This document shows positions 9,736 through 18,703 of a stretch of DNA of 64,000 nucleotides, one piece after another; within the stretch, counting starts at the first letter, position 1, and each line of letters begins with the position of its first letter. A program made the position numbers and the translations under genes. Below the pieces are notes generated by a model. It was given only the letters and a program-made list of their open reading frames with translations. It had not been told where the DNA came from and ran no database searches. The DNA lies in contig CAVYGQ010000001.1 of NCBI GenBank assembly GCA_963768175.1, forward strand, positions 510,305 through 574,304, given 5' to 3'. Source of the DNA: Candidatus Doudnabacteria bacterium. Its GTDB lineage: Bacteria > Patescibacteriota > Doudnabacteria > UBA920.

Positions 9736-10115
9736 AAATATATGTTTAATTATTACATCTTGATTAGTATATACCGTATTCTTCCTTATTGTCAAGGGCT
9801 AAATTTAAAACTAAAATGATTACACAAGTAAACAAATTATTAAATACGTTCAATGAAAGTAAATAAACCTTTCAAATAAAGCTAAATTTGGAATTTAAAA
9901 TAAACAGTTTTGTTAATCTTAATAATCACATAAAAATGTCCAGCTACTAACTTTGGACCTAATATAAAGGGTCACATGCTTTTCATAACCCTAAAATGAC
10001 TATTTTGGGCAGGGGGGTTATAATACCCATATAACCATATGTGCGGAGCGTTTTCCATTTTACATCCTATGGCCAAGCTCTAATTCGCGCGAATAGGAGA
10101 ACGCTAAAAATCATA

Positions 10116-10143
10116 AAACCCCGGGGCTTTGGCTTCGGGGTTT
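10116..10143 (-). terminator. Intrinsic terminator after hicA
   Basis: AAAACCCCGGGGC-tttg-GCTTCGGGGTTTT. Confidence 0.65.
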
Positions 10144-10146
10144 TGG

Positions 10147-10341
10147 TTATTTTAGATGTATTGTCGGCAGCCCTAAATCTTTACAAATCTTTTTGCCTAA
10201 AAAAGTGTTTATTTCTTTATGTCTTGGTACCGCGGAAACTTGGCCCGAGGTCGGATTAATGAATATTGTGTGCGAACTGCCCTCACGCTCAACTAAACAA
10301 CCAAAAGATAAAATATACCTCACCAGGGCTTTACGCTTCAT
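10147..10341 (-). CDS. hicA: HicA family mRNA interferase toxin
   Basis: 64 aa; REGSSHTIF and VPRHKEI...KKICKDLG motifs. Confidence 0.88.
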   Translation of the reverse strand: MKRKALVRYILSFGCLVEREGSSHTIFINPTSGQVSAVPRHKEINTFLGKKICKDLGLPTIHLK

Positions 10342-10346
10342 AAAAG

Positions 10347-10555
10347 CTAAGCTAAAACAAGGGTCTCTTTGGTAACTTTAGCTTTGCCCAATTCCTTGCG
10401 AAAATATTTATTGCGCGCGGACAATACTAAAGTCAAAGCTTCTTTTAAGTTCTTTTCGGCTTCTTTTTTTGTCCGCCCTTGGGTGTTGGCCCCGGAACTT
10501 CCAATACCCACGCGGAATAATATTTGCCTGATTTTTTATAAATTGCCGTATACAT
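10347..10555 (-). CDS. hicB: HicB family antitoxin with a 1-nt frameshift at about 10490 (probably sequencing error)
   Basis: Manual translation gives MYTAIYKKSGKYYSAWVLEVPG / ANTQGRTKKEAEKNLKEAL...; one G is missing from a G-run. Confidence 0.8.
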
Positions 10556-10634
10556 GAAAAGGTTTTGTTAGCTTAACTTAATATTATATCGCCTCCGGCA
10601 TACTGTCAATCGCCTTCCCCCATAAAGCACGCAA

Positions 10635-11615
10635 TTAAGTCAACAATTGCGAAACTATCAGGTCCAAAAGTAACCTTGGCGGAGCGCTGGAACTTTTTAG
10701 CTCTTCGTCCAAAGCTTCCAGCTTATTTAGGAAATCCAAGATTTTTTTGGGCGGAAAGCGCGCGGCGATTTTTTTCATTACGAACAGCCGGCCCGGTTTC
10801 CAGCCGGTGATTTCCAAAATTTGGTTTTCCGATTTTTTTGCCGCCATAAAATCCTGCACCGCCGCGACATTCCTGAATTGCTCGGAAAGCAAAGCGTTTA
10901 GCTGGATTATTCCAATTTTCTCGTCACTGCCAGTCTGTTCTTTTAAAAAGCGATGCAAAAGCCCCATGGCTTTTTGCTTTTGGTTGTCGGCAATCGCGTT
11001 GGTTAAATCAAACACGTCCACTTCCCCGTTTTCCGAAACCAAATCCTCCACTTCTTTAGTTCCTATTTCCGCCTTTCCGGCAAAAGCCAAAAGCTTTTTT
11101 ATTTCGCTGTCCGCCTGCCACAAACTAAAAACTTCTTCTGCCGATGTTACCTTGCCTGCTACTTTAATTTCTTTTCCGTTGTCGCGCCCCAAACGGACAG
11201 CCAGCAAATCTACGGCTTCCTTGCTCATTGCGCCGCCATAAAACTTAACCCGCTTGGCTATCCATTCGTTTAACTCCCTGCCGTGCGGCAAAACAAATTC
11301 TTTTATAGTGATTTTTTTATTCGATAGCAATTCTTTGTTTTCCTTTTTCCTTTTGTCTAAAGCTTTAAGGGAAATTACTATATTATTGGCTGTTGCGATC
11401 ATTTTTTCAATTTCCGGCTTCGTAAATTCTGGCATAACGTTTTGCAGCATAAAAACCTTCGGCTTGGAAAACAAATCCGTTTCTAAAAACTGGCCGTTAT
11501 TGGGCAATTGATCACCTTCCGAAAACATTACCAAATCGGCTCCTTTGTCTTTAACTAAAGAGTCTATAAAATCTTTTTTGGAAAAATCATCCGGACCTAA
11601 AAGAAGTATAAGCAT
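10635..11615 (-). CDS. holA: DNA polymerase III delta subunit
   Basis: LLLGPDDF start, EIKKL, VFDLTNAI and LEALDEELKSS motifs. Confidence 0.88.
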   Translation of the reverse strand: MLILLLGPDDFSKKDFIDSLVKDKGADLVMFSEGDQLPNNGQFLETDLFSKPKVFMLQNVMPEFTKPEIEKMIATANNIVISLKALDKRKKENKELLSNKKITIKEFVLPHGRELNEWIAKRVKFYGGAMSKEAVDLLAVRLGRDNGKEIKVAGKVTSAEEVFSLWQADSEIKKLLAFAGKAEIGTKEVEDLVSENGEVDVFDLTNAIADNQKQKAMGLLHRFLKEQTGSDEKIGIIQLNALLSEQFRNVAAVQDFMAAKKSENQILEITGWKPGRLFVMKKIAARFPPKKILDFLNKLEALDEELKSSSAPPRLLLDLIVSQLLT

Positions 11616-11670
11616 AAAGACTTGAGTTTATTGGAAATTTAGTGTAAAATATCGGAGATAGTATCGTCAC

Positions 11671-11746
11671 GGGTTGGTAGCTCAGTTGGTAGAGCAGCGG
11701 CCTCTTAAGCCGCTTGTCGTGGGTTCGATCCCCACCCAACCCACCA
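11671..11746 (+). tRNA. tRNA-Lys(CTT)
   Basis: Full cloverleaf: GGGTTGG/CCAACCC acceptor stem, anticodon loop CTCTTAA, GGTTCGATC T-arm, encoded CCA. Confidence 0.97.
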
Positions 11747-11937
11747 AGTCAAAACATTCAGGATTTTCAGTATACTTTTTTGGGCGACGCTGTGCGTCGC
11801 CCATTGTGTCTATGGGGAAAACTGCAATTCACGATTTTTTAAAAACAGGTTCAGTAGGAATTCCGACCCAATAAAAAATCGCCTACCCAAAAAAGCAATA
11901 GATAATGCTTTCTATTCTATAACTATCCTAACAAGCT

Positions 11938-12186
11938 TTACTCTTCCAGTTTAGAAACAACAGCACCGACATCTACCTTTTGGGCAACCTTCACCCCAAT
12001 CACTTCTTTAGCCTTAGCCACTGAGACAGCGGCGTGCTCCAATTGCATGGAATCCACCACTTGTTCAAACTCGGCATGCTTGTCTTGAATCTTGATTTTG
12101 TCACCCACTTTTAAGGCGCCGGAGAGCTCAATAATGGCCACTCCGATCTTCCCGTAATAATGGGTAACTTTGCCAATTTCTTTCAT
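11938..12186 (-). CDS. Small beta-barrel protein (translation-factor domain II / U32 peptidase C-terminal-like)
   Basis: IGKVTHYYGKIGVA..L...LKVGDKI motif. Confidence 0.75.
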   Translation of the reverse strand: MKEIGKVTHYYGKIGVAIIELSGALKVGDKIKIQDKHAEFEQVVDSMQLEHAAVSVAKAKEVIGVKVAQKVDVGAVVSKLEE

Positions 12187-12276
12187 AGTAAGTTAATTAT
12201 AGCAGAAAACTTAATGGCGCACCCGGTAGGGTTTGAACCTACTGCCTCGTGGTCCGAAGCCACGCGCTCTATACTT

Positions 12277-12386
12277 CACCCTGTCGCTCATGGTGCCCTC
12301 GGCAGGAATTGAACCCACATTACTGGTTCCGAAGACCAGCGCTCTAATCCATTGAGCTACGAGGGCTTAACATGAGCGACAGGGCA
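12277..12386. mobile_element. 110-bp IR cassette carrying tRNA-Arg
   Basis: 14-bp perfect IR CCCTGTCGCTCATG (12279-12292) / CATGAGCGACAGGG (12371-12384). Confidence 0.75.
12291..12366 (-). tRNA. tRNA-Arg(TCG), intact, nested in an IR cassette
   Basis: GCCCTCG/CGAGGGC acceptor stem, CTGGT-CTTCGGA-ACCAG anticodon arm, GGTTCAATTC T-arm, CCA; 76 nt. Confidence 0.95.
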
Positions 12387-12532
12387 AGAATGCTTGTCCG
12401 CCGAAGTCCGCATCAAGCGGACGAAGGTGGAAGCTACGGAGTCTCGCCATAAGTTTCAAGTATCATTATAACCAAAATAGGCAATCTTTACCAACGGAAG
12501 GTTACCTGTATCTTATCCTATGATTGTTGCGT

Positions 12533-12578
12533 GAGGACTGTCCTTTTCAGAGATATTGCCGTGGAAAGGACAGTCCTC
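12533..12578. repeat. REP-like palindrome or terminator downstream of the pil operon
   Basis: GAGGACTGTCCTTT...AAAGGACAGTCCTC, a 14-bp IR. Confidence 0.6.
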
Positions 12579-12590
12579 TTTTCTTATAAG

Positions 12591-12908
12591 CTACTGCGTA
12601 GGCTGTAACACAACCTGGGTAGCGAAAGGGTTATTGGTAATTCCTCCCGTAGGCTGAAAGTTGTCCGCCTGCTGTATCCTGCTTACCGCCTGGTTGTAAG
12701 CATCAAAATTAATCTTAACCTGTTTTTCGTGCCCAATAACCGGCGCCTGGTTGATGTCGGAGACCACCGAAAAGGAATTCCTAACCTGGAAAATCTCCAA
12801 GACCACTATAAGCAAAAATACCGCAAAAAACAGCCATCTTAAATTTTTAACCAAGCTGCCGAAAAAATTCTTTACGCTCACTAAATTTAAGTTTATGTTT
12901 TTTGCCAT
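12591..12908 (-). CDS. Small single-TM protein at the end of the pil operon (PilP position)
   Basis: One TM helix, NPF motif near the C-terminus, operon position. Confidence 0.6.
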   Translation of the reverse strand: MAKNINLNLVSVKNFFGSLVKNLRWLFFAVFLLIVVLEIFQVRNSFSVVSDINQAPVIGHEKQVKINFDAYNQAVSRIQQADNFQPTGGITNNPFATQVVLQPTQ

Positions 12909-12909
12909 A

Positions 12910-13464
12910 TCATTTTTTTAAATAAAAATTCGCCGTCATGCTTGCGGTCACGTTTCCGCCGTCGGCGGCCTCTATGGAAATATTGGTCGGGTTGGTAATA
13001 AATTTTAAATGCTCGAGGCTCTCAATAAAATTTACGACCTGGAAAAAATCTCCGCTTAAACTTATGCTGTACGGCACTATGGCTATCGGGGTTACGGTAT
13101 TGGCGCTTTGCAAAGAGTTAATGGTTCCCGCAACTCCCGAAAGCTGCATTTTTAAATTATACTTGGCGGCCAGATTTTCCAAAGTCTGTATTTCATTTAC
13201 CAGTGAAATATCGCTGGTAAAAAAATCTTCTGGCTGCGGCGATTTTTCATTCGCCAGTTTATCCAAATCGGCCTGGGCCTGTTTATAGCTGGCGTATTGA
13301 GCCTGCAAAGCCGCCAAGTTACTTCTCTCCTGGGCCATAGAATCCAAAGTGGCTTGATTTTGGTTATCAAGCAGTTTGAACAAATACATGAACATCACCA
13401 CGCTTAAAATCAGCCACACCAGTAGCAGTAATATTATTTTATTTTTTGCGGATATCTTTCTCAT
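12910..13464 (-). CDS. pilO: Type IV pilus assembly protein PilO-like
   Basis: N-terminal TM, coiled coil, GDFFQVVNFIESLE motif, synteny. Confidence 0.8.
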   Translation of the reverse strand: MRKISAKNKIILLLLVWLILSVVMFMYLFKLLDNQNQATLDSMAQERSNLAALQAQYASYKQAQADLDKLANEKSPQPEDFFTSDISLVNEIQTLENLAAKYNLKMQLSGVAGTINSLQSANTVTPIAIVPYSISLSGDFFQVVNFIESLEHLKFITNPTNISIEAADGGNVTASMTANFYLKK

Positions 13465-13477
13465 ATGCCAATTACAA

Positions 13478-14035
13478 TTACTGCTGTAAAAGTTTATCCT
13501 GAATTTTAAAAGTAAAATGGTAATTCACGTTCACCGGGTTTACCACATTTTCCAAAGGATAATCTATGCCGTAAAAATCATCGGTGTCCCGTAAAATATT
13601 ATTGTAAAGCGCAATTACCAAATCACGAGTGGGGCTAAGTCCAGTAATATTGATTGTTTTTTGGATTGGGTTAATGGTAAAAGTGCTGATTTTAACACCG
13701 GGCGGCGGCAAAGGCGCAAAAGCCTTAATTACCTTAGACCAATGGGGCGAGCTATTGGCTAAATTCAGGTAATCTGAAACCAAATTATTAACCGCTGCGA
13801 TTTTGGCTTTAATTTCGGTATTTTGCTGTTTGTTTACCTGGCTCTGCAGCTGCGCGACCTGTTGCTTAATGGCATTATCCTCATACTGCAAATAAAATTT
13901 TGTGGCAAACTGGGCTAAAAAAACCAAAATAAAACTGACCAAAGAAAGATTGACTACAACCCAGAGGCTATGTAGTATAATTTCGTAGCGCAGTTCCTGC
14001 TGTCTGGTTTTGGGTAAAAGATTGATGGTCTTCAT
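13478..14035 (-). CDS. pilN: Type IV pilus assembly protein PilN-like
   Basis: INLLP motif followed by a TM helix and coiled coil. Confidence 0.8.
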   Translation of the reverse strand: MKTINLLPKTRQQELRYEIILHSLWVVVNLSLVSFILVFLAQFATKFYLQYEDNAIKQQVAQLQSQVNKQQNTEIKAKIAAVNNLVSDYLNLANSSPHWSKVIKAFAPLPPPGVKISTFTINPIQKTINITGLSPTRDLVIALYNNILRDTDDFYGIDYPLENVVNPVNVNYHFTFKIQDKLLQQ

Positions 14036-14039
14036 CGCT

Positions 14040-15146
14040 TTAATTGGCCTCGTAGGCGGCGCCTCTAGCGGCAAGGCCTATTGCCGTGGCAAAACTCAAA
14101 CTTTCTAAAACGCCTAAGTGTTCGCTATTGGTTATTTTTAAATTTTGCAAAGGGTTAGCTAATTCCACGTTGGACACTCCCACTTCCGAAAGCTGGGTCG
14201 CCAGAAATTCCGGCAAATTCTTAAGCTTACCGCTGCCGCCGGCAATAATAACCCTTTGGACTTGGTTTAAAGAATGCTCGCCATGAAATTTTAGGATATT
14301 TTTTATCTCCGCGGCCAAATTATATAATACCGGTAAAAGCTCGGTCTTGATATTCGGGTATTCCGTGGTGTTAGCAATACCGACTTTTTTCTTAATTTCT
14401 TCGGCTTTGCTGCTGGAAACGCCGAGGGCCCTGGCAATACTTTCGGTAAAAGTATTGCCGGCAATAGGGATGGTAGAAGTAAACTGTAAATTGCCCTGTT
14501 CTACCATTATTAAACTGCTGCGGAAACTGCCCAAGTCTACCAAAAGCGAAGTTTCCAGGCTAGCGGGTTTTACAGCCGCCCTTAAACAACTCTGCGATTC
14601 CACTTCCATCGCCACGGTTTTTAGCCCGGCTTTATCCAAGACCTCCAAATACTTGTCAACGAATTCCTTAGGAGAAGCAATCATTAAAACATTCATTTTG
14701 CCCACTTCGGCTAGGCCTGCTTCAACCCGGCCTGCCTCGCCTGGCTGTCCGACGATTTTTTGCCAGTCCAAATAAACCTGATCTATGGGCAAAGGAATAA
14801 AACTCTCGGCTTCAAACGGCACGGCGTTATTGGCTTCACTATCGCTCATTTGTGGAATTTGAATAACACGCACAAAAGATTTGGATTCCGGAAGGCTGGC
14901 AATCACATGGTTAGTATCAAACTTGCCGTATTGCGGCTTATCCAAGGACTGTTTTAACAAAAAGCTAAAAGTTTTAACATCCGTTATCACATCATTAATA
15001 ATTAAGCCTTTTGGCAAAAAAGCCTCATGATAACTTTTTAACCTAAACTGTTTGGCCTGTTGTTCCAGCCTCACAATTTTTAAGGAATTGGCGCTTACAT
15101 CGAGGCCAAAACTGGGCAAAGTTTTAGAAAGGAAGTTAAACTTCAT
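14040..15146 (-). CDS. pilM: Type IV pilus assembly ATPase-like PilM
   Basis: FGLDVS, EAESFIPLP, VDLG, AGGSGKL and ATAIGLAAR motifs. Confidence 0.92.
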   Translation of the reverse strand: MKFNFLSKTLPSFGLDVSANSLKIVRLEQQAKQFRLKSYHEAFLPKGLIINDVITDVKTFSFLLKQSLDKPQYGKFDTNHVIASLPESKSFVRVIQIPQMSDSEANNAVPFEAESFIPLPIDQVYLDWQKIVGQPGEAGRVEAGLAEVGKMNVLMIASPKEFVDKYLEVLDKAGLKTVAMEVESQSCLRAAVKPASLETSLLVDLGSFRSSLIMVEQGNLQFTSTIPIAGNTFTESIARALGVSSSKAEEIKKKVGIANTTEYPNIKTELLPVLYNLAAEIKNILKFHGEHSLNQVQRVIIAGGSGKLKNLPEFLATQLSEVGVSNVELANPLQNLKITNSEHLGVLESLSFATAIGLAARGAAYEAN

Positions 15147-15150
15147 AAAT

Positions 15151-16359
15151 TTAGCTAGCATTCTGATAAATACTGTATATAGGGGCAATTAGGGCCAAAG
15201 CCAGCAGACCGACAACCGCTCCGATAGTCAAAATAAGCAGCGGCTCAATTACGGAAGCCAAATTTTTTAAGGTGTCATCAACCTCGGCTTCATAGTGAAT
15301 GGCCAGCTGTTCCAAAATTTCCTGCGTACTGCCGCTCTCCTCACCCACGGCTACCATTTGCTGCACCAATACGGGAAAAAGTTTTTCGCTTTTGCTTAAG
15401 GACTCGGCCAGAGGCTTGCCTATCCTGACGTCTTCCGCGGCCTGCACCAGCAGTTCCTTATAAAGCACGTTATCCAACGATTCCGCCACTACTTCTAATC
15501 CCTGAACTATCGGAACTCCGCTTTTAAGCATGGAACTTAAAATTCTGGCAAACCGCGCCAAATTTATTTTTTTTACGATTCCCTTTACCACAAAAAGATT
15601 CAGGCCAACAATACTGGAAGTCCGCTTGCCGGCCGCGGTGCGAAAAAAAGCGACGGACACAACAGCAATACCTATCATTCCCCCAATTGCCAAAACGGCA
15701 TGGTGGCTCATAAGATTGGATATGGCGATGACAATGCGGGTGGTAAGCGGGAGGGCAACGCCCTGCTCGGTAAAAATGGACATTAAGCTCGGCAGGACAA
15801 AAATAGACATAAGCACCCCAATGACAATCATAGCTATCACAATAACCGAAGGATACATCATGGCTCCCTTGACCTTGCTCTTTAAATCGGCTTCCCGCTC
15901 AAGCTGGATGCTTAAATATTCCAGGCTCCTGTCGAGGTTGCCGGAAAGTTCGCCGATTTTTATCATGCTCGTGACAATATTCGGAAACACGCTGGGATAT
16001 TTTGACAAAGCCTCGGCCAGGCTTTTCCCCTGCTGAACCTGATTATAAACATCACTAAGAATGTCCTTAAATTTTTTGTTGTGCGTTTGCTTGACCAAAA
16101 TTTGCAAACAACGGCTTATGGATATCCCGGCTTTGAGCATAACGCCCAAATTTTGCACAAAGTTAATTTTTTCGGACAGTGAAACAAAGGAAAAATTTTT
16201 TAAAAAGGAAAAAGTGGTTTTTGCCCCCTGCTCGCGGATTTCCGTAGGCAAAAGGCCCTGCTCTTTAAGCAGGTGCCCGGCCGTAGCCAAATTCGCCGCC
16301 TCAATTGAGGAGCTTTCTTTGCGGCCGTCTTTGGTTATGGCTGTGTAGGTGAATTCCAT
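15151..16359 (-). CDS. pilC: T2SS F family / PilC inner-membrane platform protein
   Basis: GELSGNL, AMMYP, VGEESG and IEPLL duplicated T2SSF motifs. Confidence 0.93.
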   Translation of the reverse strand: MEFTYTAITKDGRKESSSIEAANLATAGHLLKEQGLLPTEIREQGAKTTFSFLKNFSFVSLSEKINFVQNLGVMLKAGISISRCLQILVKQTHNKKFKDILSDVYNQVQQGKSLAEALSKYPSVFPNIVTSMIKIGELSGNLDRSLEYLSIQLEREADLKSKVKGAMMYPSVIVIAMIVIGVLMSIFVLPSLMSIFTEQGVALPLTTRIVIAISNLMSHHAVLAIGGMIGIAVVSVAFFRTAAGKRTSSIVGLNLFVVKGIVKKINLARFARILSSMLKSGVPIVQGLEVVAESLDNVLYKELLVQAAEDVRIGKPLAESLSKSEKLFPVLVQQMVAVGEESGSTQEILEQLAIHYEAEVDDTLKNLASVIEPLLILTIGAVVGLLALALIAPIYSIYQNAS

Positions 16360-16367
16360 AATAATTT

Positions 16368-16507
16368 AAATTCGAAGCACTAAGTCCGAAGTTCGAAACA
16401 AATTCAAATATCTAAATAATAAATTCTAAACTCGAGATATCCCTGTTTAAATATTAAATATTTGTATTTAGATATTGTTTCGGATTTCGATATTCGAATT
16501 TCGATTT
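16368..16507. repeat. Heptad-periodic palindromic spacer between pilB and pilC
   Basis: AAATTCG/AAGTCCG/AAGTTCG units on the left and GATTTCG/ATATTCG/AATTTCG on the right; AATATCTAAATA/TATTTAGATATT is a 12-bp perfect stem. Confidence 0.75.
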
Positions 16508-18262
16508 TTATTCCTTTGATACTCTCACCAGTTCCTCAATAGTCGTAATACCCCGTGCCGCCTTAATAAAACCGTCTTCCCACATTAAAATCATACCTTC
16601 TTTTTCCCCCTGTTCCTGAATTTCCTGGGAGCTTTTATGGGCCATGATCATTTGGGCTATAGCCGGAGTCACCTCCAATATTTCGTGAATGCCCAACCGG
16701 CCCCGGTAGCCGGTTTTGGAACACTTATCACAGCCCTCGCCTCTGTAAAACTTTACTTCTTTTAAGCTTTTGCATTTGGCCGGAGCCACTCCCGCGCGCG
16801 TTAAGACCGGCAAAAGTTTGTCCAAATGGAATTGCTTGGACAAAGCTTCTATCGCGGCATCATCCAAAACAAACGGTTTTTGGCAGTCTTTGCAAATTAC
16901 CCTGACTAACCTCTGGGCCAAAACGGCGTTTATGGTAGAAGCGATTAAGTATGGCTCCACGCCAATGTCTAAAAGCCTGGGCAGGGCCGAGGCCGCGTCG
17001 TTGGTATGCAAAGTGGAAAACACAATGTGCCCGGTCATGGCGGCGTGGACCGCCTCTTCGGCGGTTTCCTTGTCGCGGATTTCGCCGATCATAATAATAT
17101 TCGGGTCTTGCCGAAGCAACGCCCGCAGACCCACATCAAAAGTCAAACCGATTTTAGGATTAACCTGCATCTGGTTGGCGCCGACAATCCGGTATTCAAC
17201 GGGGTCTTCAATGGTGGAAATATTGACGCTTTTTGTATTAAGCATGGACAGCACAGTATACAAAGTCGTGGATTTTCCGCTGCCGGTCGGGCCGGTAACC
17301 AAAAGCATGCCGTGGGGTCTTTTTACGTTGCGGTTAATGACTTCATACGAATCTTTTTCAAAACCCAGCTCTTCCAAAGTCATGGCTTTGGCCGATTCGT
17401 CCAAAAGCCGGATAACGACTTTTTCACCGTCAAAAATCGGAATGGTGGATACGCGCAAAGAAAACTTATAGCCGTCTTTTTCTATTTTAAACCTTCCGTC
17501 CTGCGGCAGGCGATGCTCATCTATTTTTAGGTTGGAGATAACTTTAATGCGCGCAACAATTGCCGCCTGGATGACTTTAGGCAATGTCATAACATCGTGC
17601 AGGACTCCGTCTATGCGGTAACGCACGGTCACGGCGTTTTCCTGGGGCTCTATGTGGATGTCGCTGGCCTTTTCCAATACCGCGTATTCCAGCAGCGTGT
17701 CCACCACGCGGATAACCGGAATTTCCTCGGCCATTTTTTTTAAATTATCATCCTTCGCGCTTTCCCCTTCCGCTTGAGCAGCCAAGGGTTTGGATGACGG
17801 CGAAAACAAATGTTTTATTTCCTTTTCCAGGGAGGAATGGTATTTGGAAAGGCCAAAATCCAAACTGGCGCGGCCGATTAAAAAAGTCTTGATTTTCAGG
17901 CCGGTCTTTTTTTGGATAAACTCTTTGGTCTGGATATCTTCCGGATCCTGCATGGCTAAAGACAGCTCGTCCTTAGTTTTGGCAAAGCTAATAACCTGAT
18001 GGCGGTGGGCAATAGGCTCCGGCACCAAATTGAGCACGTCCTGGGGAATTTGCAGGGTGGTTAAATCTATAATCGGAGCACTAAGCAGCTGGCTTTTAAG
18101 CGCCAAAAGTTGCTGTTCAGTTACCGCTTTCTTTTCAATTAAAAAATCTTCCCAAGTTGTTGGGATTTTTACCTGAGACAAATCCTTTTCCAAAACTTCC
18201 AGCTTGTCCTCGGTTAAAATTTTATTTTGTTTTAAAGCCGTGTTTAACTCTTGTTTGTCCAT
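16508..18262 (-). CDS. pilB: GspE/PulE family pilus assembly ATPase PilB
   Basis: ASDIHIEP, RLPQDGR, GPTGSGKSTT, LRQDPNIIMIGEIRD and tetra-Cys motifs. Confidence 0.95.
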   Translation of the reverse strand: MDKQELNTALKQNKILTEDKLEVLEKDLSQVKIPTTWEDFLIEKKAVTEQQLLALKSQLLSAPIIDLTTLQIPQDVLNLVPEPIAHRHQVISFAKTKDELSLAMQDPEDIQTKEFIQKKTGLKIKTFLIGRASLDFGLSKYHSSLEKEIKHLFSPSSKPLAAQAEGESAKDDNLKKMAEEIPVIRVVDTLLEYAVLEKASDIHIEPQENAVTVRYRIDGVLHDVMTLPKVIQAAIVARIKVISNLKIDEHRLPQDGRFKIEKDGYKFSLRVSTIPIFDGEKVVIRLLDESAKAMTLEELGFEKDSYEVINRNVKRPHGMLLVTGPTGSGKSTTLYTVLSMLNTKSVNISTIEDPVEYRIVGANQMQVNPKIGLTFDVGLRALLRQDPNIIMIGEIRDKETAEEAVHAAMTGHIVFSTLHTNDAASALPRLLDIGVEPYLIASTINAVLAQRLVRVICKDCQKPFVLDDAAIEALSKQFHLDKLLPVLTRAGVAPAKCKSLKEVKFYRGEGCDKCSKTGYRGRLGIHEILEVTPAIAQMIMAHKSSQEIQEQGEKEGMILMWEDGFIKAARGITTIEELVRVSKE

Positions 18263-18263
18263 T

Positions 18264-18367
18264 TGCCCGCCTAAATTTTGCCATTTTTGGCACGTTTAAT
18301 TGTTCATCCGCCGTTTGGTTTACTAATACATCCCTATAAGTATTGTATAGCAAAATTTAGGCGGGTG
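18264..18367. mobile_element. 104-bp IR cassette abutting the pilB start codon
   Basis: 16-bp perfect IR CCCGCCTAAATTTTGC/GCAAAATTTAGGCGGG, flanked TT^AA. Confidence 0.75.
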
Positions 18368-18435
18368 AATTTTTGTTTCTTATACCTTAATTCGCTTAAT
18401 TATTATACCACAAAAAAACTATAGCTCAAAATAAA

Positions 18436-18690
18436 TAAACAAATTCACACGAATACCGCAAACGAATAAACACAAATCCGAGATTCGTGTTTTCGTGCCT
18501 ATTTGTTATTAATTTATGTTAATTGGTGGCTAGCGATCCTGCCTTTCGACCCATTTGACTTAACTCAGGGTCGCCTCGAGTATAACCAAGATGGCGACAG
18601 GCTCAAGACAGGGTCTAGCGACCATGCCCGCCTTCTTGTAAAGCTTTCGACTTCGCCAAGGCTTCGTCGGACGAGTCGGCGGACTGCGGT
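18436..18690. repeat. Cluster of degenerate palindromic elements
   Basis: CACGAAT/ACGAAT...ATTCGTG units, a duplicated CTAGCGA flanking a TTCGAC...GCTCA element, and a CCGCC...TTCG...GGCGG element. Confidence 0.45.
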
Positions 18691-18703
18691 CTATAATATA
18701 AAA

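Larger units (their letters stand above)
12215..12443 (-). pseudogene. Interrupted tRNA-Arg(TCG): 3' part at 12215-12272, 5' part at 12432-12443
   Basis: ATAGAGCG-CGTGG-CTTCGGA-CCACG-AGGCAGTAGGTTCAAACCCTAC-CGGGTGC-GCCA, plus a displaced 5' piece GACTCCGTAGCT. The D-arm is split by two insertions and the acceptor stem has two mismatches. Confidence 0.75.

Noticed and set aside
10347-10555. hicB as a real pseudogene leaving an orphan toxin
   Set aside because: There is a single missing G in a G-run and the reading frame is otherwise intact; likely a sequencing error.
11845-11872. Possible tRNA-Lys 3' duplication (att site) downstream of the tRNA
   Set aside because: The similarity is limited to a few bases and there is no integrase in the window.
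14700-14756. GC-rich GQPGEAGRVEAGLAEVG loop in PilM as another inserted element
   Set aside because: Only a weak GGCCTGC(T/C)TC duplication and no clean IR; this loop is plausibly variable in PilM.
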